Shown: positions 1 through 8,863, numbered from the stretch's first letter. The stretch is DNA of 32,000 bases from Candidatus Thorarchaeota archaeon (GCA_008080745.1 SHMX01000007.1:1-32000); one strand, 5' to 3'. Program-made: numbers and translations. Notes: generated by a model from the letters alone, not told the origin.

Positions 1-597
1 ATGTCATGATTGCACAGGTCATGGAGGAGCTGGAGGACACTGGAGACCAGGACATTCGCCTACTAGCAAGCATTCCTGGGATAGGACTTCCTAGTGCAGC
101 TGTGCTCAAGGCTGAGATAGGAACCATCGAGCGCTTCAAGACCCCGGAGAACCTATCATCCTATGCAGGCCTGGCACCCCGGGTCCACCAGTCTGGAAGT
201 GTGCTGAAGACGGGTCGGGTCAGTCGTCGGTGTAATCATCACATCAAGACCACCATGTATCTGGTATCTCAAGTCTGTGCACGATACGGTCCTGAACATC
301 TGAGAGGGTTTCACCAGACCCTCAAAGCGAAGAAGGGGTATCAGGTTGCCACGGTAGCTCTGGCAAGACGGATGATGGTGATCATCTGGAAGATGTTAAA
401 GACAGGCAAGTCCTTCCAGAGTGTCCATCAAGAGGAGCTGCTGGAACGAAAGCGGAAAAAGATCCGGTATGAGACCAGACGATTGAAGAGATTACGACAG
501 AGCTATGGAGTTAAGGAGTTCAGGGAGATGATCCGACAAGTCATGCAGCATGACCAGACCATACTCTCTTCGTAGTCCTACCTCTTACTCATAGAAA
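1..597 (+). mobile_element. IS110-family insertion sequence, right-hand part (left end outside window)
   Basis: Contains the transposase C-terminus and is visibly more GC-rich than the flanking DNA. A short non-coding tail ends in ...CTCTTACTCATAGAAAG, resembling the CATAG-type right ends I recall for IS110 elements. The exact boundary (about 593-598) is an estimate. Confidence 0.75.
6..575 (+). CDS. IS110 family transposase, C-terminal (Transposase_20/Tnp) domain; 5'-partial
   Basis: LLASIPGIGLPSAAVLKAEIG...F...LSSYAGLAP...QSG motif with the conserved Ser, and ALARRM near the end. The frame is open to the window edge. Confidence 0.93.
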   Translation: MIAQVMEELEDTGDQDIRLLASIPGIGLPSAAVLKAEIGTIERFKTPENLSSYAGLAPRVHQSGSVLKTGRVSRRCNHHIKTTMYLVSQVCARYGPEHLRGFHQTLKAKKGYQVATVALARRMMVIIWKMLKTGKSFQSVHQEELLERKRKKIRYETRRLKRLRQSYGVKEFREMIRQVMQHDQTILSS

Positions 598-913
598 GTT
601 TGTCCAACTAGCAATGATCGGTGCAAAGATTGATGTTCGTATAAGCGATTTGACCGAACCGATATATCAGTTCGCTGAATTAAATAAATCGTCTATGGTT
701 ATTATCTCTAATGCTTCTCCTATCACTGCTGCTTGGATGACTCGCAATTTCAATCCTGATTTAATCGACAATGCTACCGAAACTTTTGACGAAGCATGGG
801 AACAATCCATATCAATCCTTGAAATAACGTCTGAAAATTTCAAAAAAATTGGCGCGTCATTGGATACTGTCCTCTCTAAGGCTGCACGGGAAGTCACCAA
901 ATCTAAGGACTGA
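593..913 (+). pseudogene. C-terminal remnant of a TrmB-like regulator paralogue, truncated by the IS110
   Basis: IDVRI...YQFAELNKSSMVIISNASPITAAW...NPDLIDNATETFDEAWEQS aligns by eye with the C-termini of 919..1806 and 1806..2744. The frame runs upstream of ATG 614 (RKFVQLA) into the IS end, and the wHTH part is missing. Confidence 0.7.
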
Positions 914-918
914 GCATC

Positions 919-1806
919 ATGTTTGAGAATGATTCGGAATTATTTGCATTTCTGGGCATTGACCTTAATTCGGTCAGAATGGATATTCTCTCCGCCATAA
1001 TTAAGACACAAGGTATGACTGGCTCTACATTTGAGGATATCATGGAGCAACTTCTTTACGTTCGAGGAAAAAAGGCTAACGAATCTTTGGTATATCGTAG
1101 TCTAAGTGAATTGGAGGATATAGGTTTCATTTCAATTGACAAATCAGAACACATTCACATTTACAGTTCCGGATTTGATCATCTTGAGCATGTTCTGAGT
1201 CAAAGGTTACCAGCATCCATTAATGAGCTAAGATTGGAACAGGAAACCATTGAAAAGAAAATAAAAATGATTAGAAATGCTGAGGGTATCGACCTAGCGA
1301 AACATATGGTAGAAATTCTAACTGGGAAAAAAACCGAGCAGCAATCCCGCTTTGCGTTAGGATTATCCAACATTTTTCGACTACTCTCTGCCGAAATATT
1401 CGCAAATGTTGGTTATAATGATGTGATTCGAATCTCCTTGGGATGGGGCAGTCCGGAGGTGGAGGACCATCTCATAGCTGATGATAAGCTTGAAGGTCTT
1501 CTGGAATTTAACACCAATATTCGAATACTTGTTTCCATGGATTGGAAATTTCATGAACCACTTATTTCTTTGATATACCTTAAAAGATCAGAGGGCTTTA
1601 ATATTGAGATTAGAAGACGAACGCATTTTCATGGTACATACCAATTTCTAAGTCATAATGATGAAAATCTTGTTCTAATCACATCTGAAAAACCTCTGTC
1701 GGCAGCATTCATTCCGGAACATGCTAATCGGATTCTAGTTGCCGATGCAATTCGGGTTTTTGATAAAGAATTCTCAGACGCATCTATCATTTCGGAGGGT
1801 CCCTGA
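919..1806 (+). CDS. TrmB-like regulator (winged HTH, coiled coil, PLD-fold effector domain)
   Basis: N-terminal wHTH (VYRSLSELEDIGFISID), a heptad-like segment (INELRLEQETIEKKIK), and a C-terminal alpha/beta domain with no HKD motif. Confidence 0.6.
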   Translation: MFENDSELFAFLGIDLNSVRMDILSAIIKTQGMTGSTFEDIMEQLLYVRGKKANESLVYRSLSELEDIGFISIDKSEHIHIYSSGFDHLEHVLSQRLPASINELRLEQETIEKKIKMIRNAEGIDLAKHMVEILTGKKTEQQSRFALGLSNIFRLLSAEIFANVGYNDVIRISLGWGSPEVEDHLIADDKLEGLLEFNTNIRILVSMDWKFHEPLISLIYLKRSEGFNIEIRRRTHFHGTYQFLSHNDENLVLITSEKPLSAAFIPEHANRILVADAIRVFDKEFSDASIISEGP

Positions 1807-2744
1807 TGAATTTGGAAAAGGCAAAATCGATTCTTAGCACCGTAGGAGTCAAAGAAAATTCCCGTGATATACAAATTTTGAAACAGATGCTATTATTGTC
1901 TCATATACCTACCAAACCCTTGATATTCCGAGAGATTATGGATTACATAAATGAAGAACGAAAAGCTGACAATGAGAGCCCGTTCTCGCGTGGTTGGATA
2001 AGCAAATGCTTGAATAGTCTAGTGGATCGACATTTTGTTCACAAAGATAGCCTCGGAAGTCCTTACAAATATTCAGTTACTCTGGAAACTCTTAGTGATG
2101 GAATCCACCAAGCCTGTCAAGAGTATATTTCCATCTTGGAAAAACAAAATAGCGAAATAGGAAGAAAACTTGCACACCTCCGTTCGGTTGATCCTTTGTC
2201 TTTAGCAAGAGATCTCTATCGTACTCTCTCTGGGACTGAATACATTTCTCCTGGTGGAATTGATGGTGTTGTGGGAGTAAGCAATGCAATAATTTCAGGG
2301 ATTATCGAACCAGCTCAAGAATCCGATATTCTTCGCGTATTTGGGCATTATTATCTGGTTCGGTCGGGTATTGAAATCGGACCTATTCAGAAACAATTAG
2401 TTGGAGCATCTCTCCGAGGAGTTAAAACCTTAATCTTACTCTCCCCCCCAGAGTCTCAAAACAATATTGTTGAACTCATTAGGAGCTCTATTACTTCCTA
2501 TCAGAAGCCTCTGAATCTCGCTATAGAATCTGGAAATCTTCAGATTCGTCTACTTCCAGATAAAAAACGAACCTATCGTGGAATCATTCTTAACGACATT
2601 CGAATGATTTTGATTCTTAGTGATAAACAAAAACCTGATTCAGGTGTCTTTATTACTCCAGACTCAAACACTCCACTCATTCTTGCTGCCATTAAGACCT
2701 TCGATCAACTCTGGACTGAATCTCATCCACTGGATTTTTCCTAG
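1806..2744 (+). CDS. TrmB-like regulator paralogue
   Basis: wHTH (WISKCLNSLVDRHFVHK...YKYSV), coiled coil, ASLRGVKTLILL and LQIRLL...YRGIILND. The start overlaps the upstream stop (TGATG). Confidence 0.6.
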   Translation: MNLEKAKSILSTVGVKENSRDIQILKQMLLLSHIPTKPLIFREIMDYINEERKADNESPFSRGWISKCLNSLVDRHFVHKDSLGSPYKYSVTLETLSDGIHQACQEYISILEKQNSEIGRKLAHLRSVDPLSLARDLYRTLSGTEYISPGGIDGVVGVSNAIISGIIEPAQESDILRVFGHYYLVRSGIEIGPIQKQLVGASLRGVKTLILLSPPESQNNIVELIRSSITSYQKPLNLAIESGNLQIRLLPDKKRTYRGIILNDIRMILILSDKQKPDSGVFITPDSNTPLILAAIKTFDQLWTESHPLDFS

Positions 2745-3820
2745 TCCTGACTCTGTTTTTCAGCAATCCAAGATTGATCCTTACTTAGAATATTATAGAT
2801 ATCTGCACAGACTGCTTCAAAGTCGTCATATAGTCCATACTCTCCACCTGCGGCATATGGATGTCCTCCTCCTTTGAAAATTTTAGCAGCCTCGTTACAA
2901 AGTACCTTTTCACTACCTCTTCTGAATCCAAGCATTCCACCTTGGCTAAGTGTAATCAGAAGATCTGCTAGTGGGTATTTTTTCCCCTCTAATTCGAGAT
3001 TCTCAGAATCTGCCAGATATGTACCTAGGTCGGTGGTCGTTACCCCTGTTGGAATCTCAACAATTCTTACCAGTACATCATTTATTTCTTGGTCGCAATG
3101 GCCAGCAAAGGCCTTTCTCATCTTCTTTGCCTTATCCTTTCTATAATGGTGGACCTGTTTAGCGAGAAGATTATCGCGCAATTGATTACGTTTAGAATCC
3201 CAAACACCTGCAATTCCATTTTCACTAAGGGACATTAGCAGTGGTTTGAGAGCATCTGTGATGTCGTGTCTTCTATCAATTGCACCGAATCTGATCACTG
3301 ATACTGCATCTGTAAGAGCATTTGCAGCTGGTATAGCTCGTTCGTTGAAATCAGTATCATGAGCAATTGCAGCCAATTCTCCACTGATGATGTCCCGAGG
3401 CATTAAGACTTTGTAAGCGATTTCAGCCGCGCAGAAATCATGATTTATTTTTACTACCGGCTTTCTATCCAATTGAAGAATTGCCTTAATGGCTTCCTTT
3501 GACCACTGATGGTGGTCCAACCATACCACTCGACAATTCTGAGAGACGGCCTTCGATAGTGCATTTTGAACGGCCTCTAGGTAGTTTGCATCTAACCCCA
3601 AATCCGTAACAACGATGAGGGTATCGCGCAATCCCGTGACCTTTGAAAAAGCATAATCGAATGAACCGTAGTCAGTAAGAAGTACATCAAAATCCAGATT
3701 TTTTTGTTTAGCATATCTGGCTACAATTGCAGCTGCACAAAGTCCATCTACGTCTTTATCGTGGCTGATTGAGAACACGGATTGGAGTTTTTTTCCTCGT
3801 GTCTCGTCTTTTTTGCTCAT
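2741..3820 (-). CDS. DHH/DHHA1 family phosphoesterase (NrnB/oligoribonuclease-like)
   Basis: SHDKDVDG, VTDLG, WLDHH and GGGHPYAAG motifs. The likely start is ATG 3820 (MSKK); the ORF track starts at 3838. Confidence 0.9.
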   Translation of the reverse strand: MSKKDETRGKKLQSVFSISHDKDVDGLCAAAIVARYAKQKNLDFDVLLTDYGSFDYAFSKVTGLRDTLIVVTDLGLDANYLEAVQNALSKAVSQNCRVVWLDHHQWSKEAIKAILQLDRKPVVKINHDFCAAEIAYKVLMPRDIISGELAAIAHDTDFNERAIPAANALTDAVSVIRFGAIDRRHDITDALKPLLMSLSENGIAGVWDSKRNQLRDNLLAKQVHHYRKDKAKKMRKAFAGHCDQEINDVLVRIVEIPTGVTTTDLGTYLADSENLELEGKKYPLADLLITLSQGGMLGFRRGSEKVLCNEAAKIFKGGGHPYAAGGEYGLYDDFEAVCADIYNILSKDQSWIAEKQSQD

Positions 3821-3916
3821 GGTTGCTCGAATTTGCAATGTAATTACCCTTTTTCATTGTTTTCTATCAGGAATGGTCTAAAGGAAACTATTTTCTGCTG
3901 TTTTTGAGTTCATATC

Positions 3917-5785
3917 ATGAGTTCGGTTACTATGGACGAATCCCCCAATTCTGAAGAAATCATGAGTGGGAATGTGGCATTTGCAAAAGGTGCTATTCAT
4001 GCTGGCGTTGGATTTTGTACCTCTTATCCCGGCACTCCGTCAACTGAGATTACGGAAACTCTATTGCAATATCGTAATGAAACTGGGATGATTGTGGAGT
4101 GGAGTGTAAATGAGAAGGTAGCTTTGGAGTCTGCTGCCGGGGCCAGCTGGATGGGTATTCCCTCTTTGTGTGTAATGAAATCACTCGGACTCAATGTTGC
4201 AGCTGATTTTCTACTCAATTTGAATCTATCAGGAGTTGGTGAAGGAGGTCTCGTGATTATTGTTTGTGATGACCCCAAGGGGCACAGTTCAAGTAACGAA
4301 CAGGACTCAAGATTCTATGCCAAAGCCGCACAAATTCCTTTATTCGAACCCAGTACACCTCAACAGGCTAAAGATGTAGTTGCACATGCTCTTGAACTCT
4401 CTCAAATTTTTCGTGTACCTGTCTTGATACGAAGCACAACCCGTCTCTCTCATTCCGGTGCCCTTGTGTCATCAAGTCCTTTTTCTTCACACTTGTGGGT
4501 ACCATCCCAGAATCTTCCATCTGGTTTATACAACGTTCCGAATCCGGAAAAACAGCACAGAGAGCTGATGGAAAAGCTTGAGTTGATTCAGGATAAATTT
4601 GATAACCATATTATGAATTCTCCGCCAAAAGAATGGAAAGATATCTTGTTTGTAGCAACAGGTGTGTGTCAGAAATACGTGGAGGAAGCTATGAAATACA
4701 TCGAAGAGGATGTAAGTTTCTTTGGCATTGTCACCACATATCCTGTTCCACACAAACTAATCCACGAATGTCTTAAGCATTCTAAACGGATTTTCTTTTT
4801 TGAGGAAAACGATGCCTTTGTCGAAGATCAATTCCGTATCGTGGCATCACTAGAAAATTCACCCTGTATTCTTGATGGTAAGCATAGCGGCCTAGTACCT
4901 TTTTCCGGAGAGATGAATGTGGATTTGGTATTAGAAGCTCTACGGGATTTCATGACCCCTAAGAAGGAAGCAGAGTATGAAGCTGTTCCTGTACTTGATA
5001 GCCGTTCACTCCTAATTCCACGTCCACTGACTTTCTGTGCAGGTTGTACTCATCGCAATGTCTACTATGCTCTTCAACGAGTACGAAAGAGATTGAAAGG
5101 CAAATTGGTAGTAACTGGTGATATTGGCTGTTATTCGTTGGGTGTATTTTATCATAATTCTATGGAAACCATGCAATCTATGGGCTCTGGTATTGGGACT
5201 GCTAATGGGATAGCACGCTTGGCTGATTTTGCACTTGACTCCAAGGTTGTTTCTCTTGCTGGCGATTCTACGTTCTTTCATGCATGCATACCTGCGCTGA
5301 TCAATGCACGTCATAAGAATGTAGATTTGACATTTCTCATCTTGGACAATTCCACTACTGCAATGACCGGATTTCAATCCCATCCTGGAGCAGCTGAACA
5401 AGACGAATCCGATAGGATTGTGGAAATCGAAGATATTGTTCGTTCTATCGGTCCGGATTCATTCATTCGAATAGGAGCGACAGATGTGGTTGATTTGACT
5501 GATGTAATGCATGCAACAATAAAACAACCCGGGCTCAAAGTCATGCTCATCGATAGCATCTGCCGACTTGAACGAAAAAGAAAGCAGCAACCACAAGAGG
5601 GGAGCATTCGTATAGAAACTTCTCTCTGTCAAGGCGAATCATGCAGACTCTGTGTGAGTGAATATGGATGTCCAGCTATCACTTGGTCCTCAGATAGTGA
5701 GACTGCGGAGATTCTGGATCATCTTTGTGTACAATGTGGTTCCTGCATTGCCATATGTCCTCAACGTGCTATTCAGGAGGAATAG
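3917..5785 (+). CDS. iorA: Indolepyruvate:ferredoxin oxidoreductase subunit alpha
   Basis: YPGTPSTEI, WSVNEKVALE, FCAGCTHR, GDIGCYSLG, GDSTFFH TPP-binding motif, and a C-terminal 2x[4Fe-4S] ferredoxin domain. Confidence 0.93.
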   Translation: MSSVTMDESPNSEEIMSGNVAFAKGAIHAGVGFCTSYPGTPSTEITETLLQYRNETGMIVEWSVNEKVALESAAGASWMGIPSLCVMKSLGLNVAADFLLNLNLSGVGEGGLVIIVCDDPKGHSSSNEQDSRFYAKAAQIPLFEPSTPQQAKDVVAHALELSQIFRVPVLIRSTTRLSHSGALVSSSPFSSHLWVPSQNLPSGLYNVPNPEKQHRELMEKLELIQDKFDNHIMNSPPKEWKDILFVATGVCQKYVEEAMKYIEEDVSFFGIVTTYPVPHKLIHECLKHSKRIFFFEENDAFVEDQFRIVASLENSPCILDGKHSGLVPFSGEMNVDLVLEALRDFMTPKKEAEYEAVPVLDSRSLLIPRPLTFCAGCTHRNVYYALQRVRKRLKGKLVVTGDIGCYSLGVFYHNSMETMQSMGSGIGTANGIARLADFALDSKVVSLAGDSTFFHACIPALINARHKNVDLTFLILDNSTTAMTGFQSHPGAAEQDESDRIVEIEDIVRSIGPDSFIRIGATDVVDLTDVMHATIKQPGLKVMLIDSICRLERKRKQQPQEGSIRIETSLCQGESCRLCVSEYGCPAITWSSDSETAEILDHLCVQCGSCIAICPQRAIQEE

Positions 5786-5787
5786 AT

Positions 5788-6381
5788 GTGCAGAATCCAT
5801 TCAATATTCTGATAGCTGGAGTTGGTGGACAAGGTAATGTAACAAGTGGGAAGATTCTTGCAACTGCAGCTCAGCGTGAAGGATTGCGTCCAGTTATTGG
5901 GGAGACCTTCGGGGCATCAAGAAGAGGTGGTACTGTCTATACACATGTCCGCATTGGAGATACCGATTTAGGACCTTTGATTCCCGTTGGTAGACTTCAT
6001 GTTCTACTTGGTCTGGAGCCGATGGAAACCCTTCGCGCATCTCTTGAGTTTGCAGGAAGAAATACAATTGTCATTATGAGTTCTGTTTCTATTCCGCCAA
6101 TAGGTGTTCATGCCAGGACAGACGAGTATCCACCCGTAGAATCTATTATATCAAGTCTGGAAAAAATGTGTGCTAGGGTGCATACTGTTGACTCTGATAG
6201 CATACTCCGACCTATCAACGCAATCCGCTCGCTAAATATACTGCTTATTGGTATTATGGCTGGTCTTGGAATTTCACCACTAGGAATAGAATCACTAAGG
6301 TTGGCAATGCTTGATATACTCGGTCCGAGTGACAAGAATTTACAGGCTTTTGAATTGGGGCTATCGGATAATACCGGTTAG
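5788..6381 (+). CDS. iorB: Indolepyruvate:ferredoxin oxidoreductase subunit beta
   Basis: ILIAGVGGQG, ETFGASRRGG, LLGLEPMET. The GTG start at 5788 follows AGGAGG (5775-5780), directly after iorA. Confidence 0.9.
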   Translation: MQNPFNILIAGVGGQGNVTSGKILATAAQREGLRPVIGETFGASRRGGTVYTHVRIGDTDLGPLIPVGRLHVLLGLEPMETLRASLEFAGRNTIVIMSSVSIPPIGVHARTDEYPPVESIISSLEKMCARVHTVDSDSILRPINAIRSLNILLIGIMAGLGISPLGIESLRLAMLDILGPSDKNLQAFELGLSDNTG

Positions 6382-8687
6382 TCCTTTACACCTTTCTTCT
6401 TGGCTTCAGCATTCTTCTTTGCCTCTCGCCACATTAATTCTGCTAGAACTGTGAACATGTCTGCTACACCCTCACCTGTCTTTGCAGAACTCTCCATATA
6501 CAGAAAACCTTGGTCCTCTGCCCATTTCTTCGCTTCTTCGGGACTAACAGCTCTATCTGGCAAGTCAATCTTGTTCCCAACACATATCATGGGTACTCGT
6601 GTACCAATGGATGCATCTGCTTCCTCCACCCATTTGTGTAATTCAGCAAAAGATCTACGTCGGGTCACGTCAAATACAAGAATGACACCTGCAGCTCCAG
6701 AATAATACATCTTTCGTACTGCTTTGAATCTCGCCTGTCCTGCTACGTCCCATGCTTGTATCTTGATACCGACTGCGTACTCTGTAGATGGCGGAGATAT
6801 ATGAGCCAATTTTACTGCAAATTGTGAACCTATGGTAGTTTTGTAGTCACGTTCAAACACACCAGTCACATAACGATTTACAAGCGTGGTTTTACCAACT
6901 GCACCCTCTCCTATTACCATGGTCTTAAAGAGGTAAGAATATGCATCAGGAGAGGCATTGGGTCGTACTGGTTTAGGCTCACGTTTTCTGATTTCCACGA
7001 CAAGTTCTGACTCAACTTGTTCCTCCTCAACCTCAGGGGTGACAGTGGTCTCAGGTTCTGTGGTGGTCTCTGCACCCATCATTGATTTAACATCATCCAG
7101 AGCAGCTTTGGCATCGGATTCGCCACCAAAAAGCTGATCTAAGAGGTCTTCTGCTGCTTTCAACGAGTCCTGTGGATTGGTCTTTTGTGCAGTGACCTGT
7201 TCAATCTCTGATTCTGGTATGGATGAGAAACCTGTTCCTTCTGCTGGAGTAAATCTACTTGGGGTTTCAGTCATAGTTGGAGTAAAAACTTCGGGCTCCG
7301 CAGATTCCTCTTCAAGTGAGGTCATCACAGCCTCTCCGTCTCCCTTTTCAATAAGTAGGACGGTTTCCGGTGTAGTAACTTGACTTACCTGCTCATTTTC
7401 TCCTTTCCACATGAGCACAATGGGACGCAGAATTACACTACCTTCTTTCTTTGGAAGTAACTTAATTTCAACAGTCTTTTTCTCTCTAGGGTCAAGGTCA
7501 AATCGCAGTTGCTGATCTGAGACCTCAAGGTGGTCCTTGGGGAACCAATAGATTTTCCCCGAGATTCCAGTCATGGGTGTATCAGTGACGTTCTCTAGGG
7601 TGACTTTTCCAACTAATGGTTTACCTACTGTAGAAGTATGAGGAACATCGAAACTTGGAATCACTTTGTACAGTCCCTCTATGACTTTTAGGGGACCATT
7701 GGAAACACCAACAAGGATTTCCTTTCGTTCGTCACCTTTAGCGTCACCCACACTTAGTGCGAGAATTTTAGAATCAATATCGACAGTGGCTACCAGATTA
7801 AGGTCAGCCATGTATAAGTTATAGAAGTTTATCTTCATATCAGAGGTTGCTATAATAACCTCATCCATATGATCAGCATTGATTTCTTCCATTCTGATAG
7901 ATAGTGCCTTTACATCCTCAAGAGTTGAGAATAGGTCTAATTTGCTCTCCTCGTTTCTATAAATCCGAATTGAACCGTCGTGTGTCACCACACCTAGTTC
8001 CATCTTTCTATCTCCCAGAATGTCTCCCGATGTCACCGATATAACCGGACTAGGAAGTTCAAGAACTGTAATCTGCTCAATCTCACCATCTCTAAGCTTG
8101 AATACCCGTAGTGTCTTATCTCGGTTTCCTGTCACCATCTCATCAATTTCATCGCCTATCACATCACAGGTTCCGATTGCTATGGGCATGTCATCCAATT
8201 GATATTTTGCATATTCGGTGAGTTGATTTTCAGGGGTCAACTTGAGAACTCTTAGTGTGGAGTCGCTACCACCTGCCACAATCTCATTATAATCATCTCC
8301 AGTAACATCTGTGACTACCACCGTTGTTACAAATTTATCTATTGCATGTTCTGCTAAGAGTTCGAATTGTCCATTGACTGCATATCGATATATCTGCACA
8401 GTACCTGTGATACCTGGTGATTCTCCAATGCCTACGCTTCGTCCTATGACTATCTCATTCTGGCCGTCATTATTCGCATCAGCAATTTTTATTGACAGGA
8501 TACTTCCAGAGAGATCCAATTGTGCCAAGAATTTGTATTCAGTATGGTTAATGCTATAGAGACGTAGAACTCCATCACGACCACCAGTACAGAGTTCAGG
8601 CTCTCCGGAACCAGTAATATCACCTACTGCAATTGCGCTAGTGCTCAAGTCATCAGAAATCTCGGATAGTATTTTGGGCGATGTCAA
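6378..8687 (-). CDS. FG-GAP beta-propeller + Ig-like domain + acidic linker + Rab-like small GTPase fusion protein
   Basis: Seven repeats of about 45 aa with a [GT]D-x-x-[GN]D-x3-E core. G1 GEGAVGKT, G2 TIG, G3 WDVAGQ, G4 NKID, G5 ESSAK. No signal peptide or TM segment is visible. Confidence 0.9.
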   Translation of the reverse strand: MTSPKILSEISDDLSTSAIAVGDITGSGEPELCTGGRDGVLRLYSINHTEYKFLAQLDLSGSILSIKIADANNDGQNEIVIGRSVGIGESPGITGTVQIYRYAVNGQFELLAEHAIDKFVTTVVVTDVTGDDYNEIVAGGSDSTLRVLKLTPENQLTEYAKYQLDDMPIAIGTCDVIGDEIDEMVTGNRDKTLRVFKLRDGEIEQITVLELPSPVISVTSGDILGDRKMELGVVTHDGSIRIYRNEESKLDLFSTLEDVKALSIRMEEINADHMDEVIIATSDMKINFYNLYMADLNLVATVDIDSKILALSVGDAKGDERKEILVGVSNGPLKVIEGLYKVIPSFDVPHTSTVGKPLVGKVTLENVTDTPMTGISGKIYWFPKDHLEVSDQQLRFDLDPREKKTVEIKLLPKKEGSVILRPIVLMWKGENEQVSQVTTPETVLLIEKGDGEAVMTSLEEESAEPEVFTPTMTETPSRFTPAEGTGFSSIPESEIEQVTAQKTNPQDSLKAAEDLLDQLFGGESDAKAALDDVKSMMGAETTTEPETTVTPEVEEEQVESELVVEIRKREPKPVRPNASPDAYSYLFKTMVIGEGAVGKTTLVNRYVTGVFERDYKTTIGSQFAVKLAHISPPSTEYAVGIKIQAWDVAGQARFKAVRKMYYSGAAGVILVFDVTRRRSFAELHKWVEEADASIGTRVPMICVGNKIDLPDRAVSPEEAKKWAEDQGFLYMESSAKTGEGVADMFTVLAELMWREAKKNAEAKKKGVKD

Positions 8688-8762
8688 ATGGATAACCTCA
8701 ATTATATGCTCAATCTGCTCTAAATTGGACCTGATATTCTCACCAATATGCAGTTTTAATCA

Positions 8763-8779
8763 TCCCTTCTTTGAAGGGA
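8763..8779. promoter_or_regulatory. Palindrome TCCCTTC-TTT-GAAGGGA in a divergent intergenic region
   Basis: Perfect 7-bp inverted repeat between the GTPase fusion gene and the ABC ATPase gene. Function is inferred only. Confidence 0.35.
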
Positions 8780-8863
8780 GTCCTTTTCTACTTTGTTCTG
8801 AGGCACACTCAAAATTGTTATGACAGGACAGTATTTAACCTAGCTCAGTTGAACATATCGTAG

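Noticed and set aside
919-2744. Active PLD-family nucleases (defence system)
   Set aside because: No HxKxxxxD motif; the equivalent positions read TYQFLSHND and TYRGIILND.
573-6386. Recurrent TAGTCCT at three gene ends (about 573, 2742 and 6379)
   Set aside because: Two cases are explained by minus-strand proteins ending in Asp-stop. A 7-mer recurring three times is not significant.
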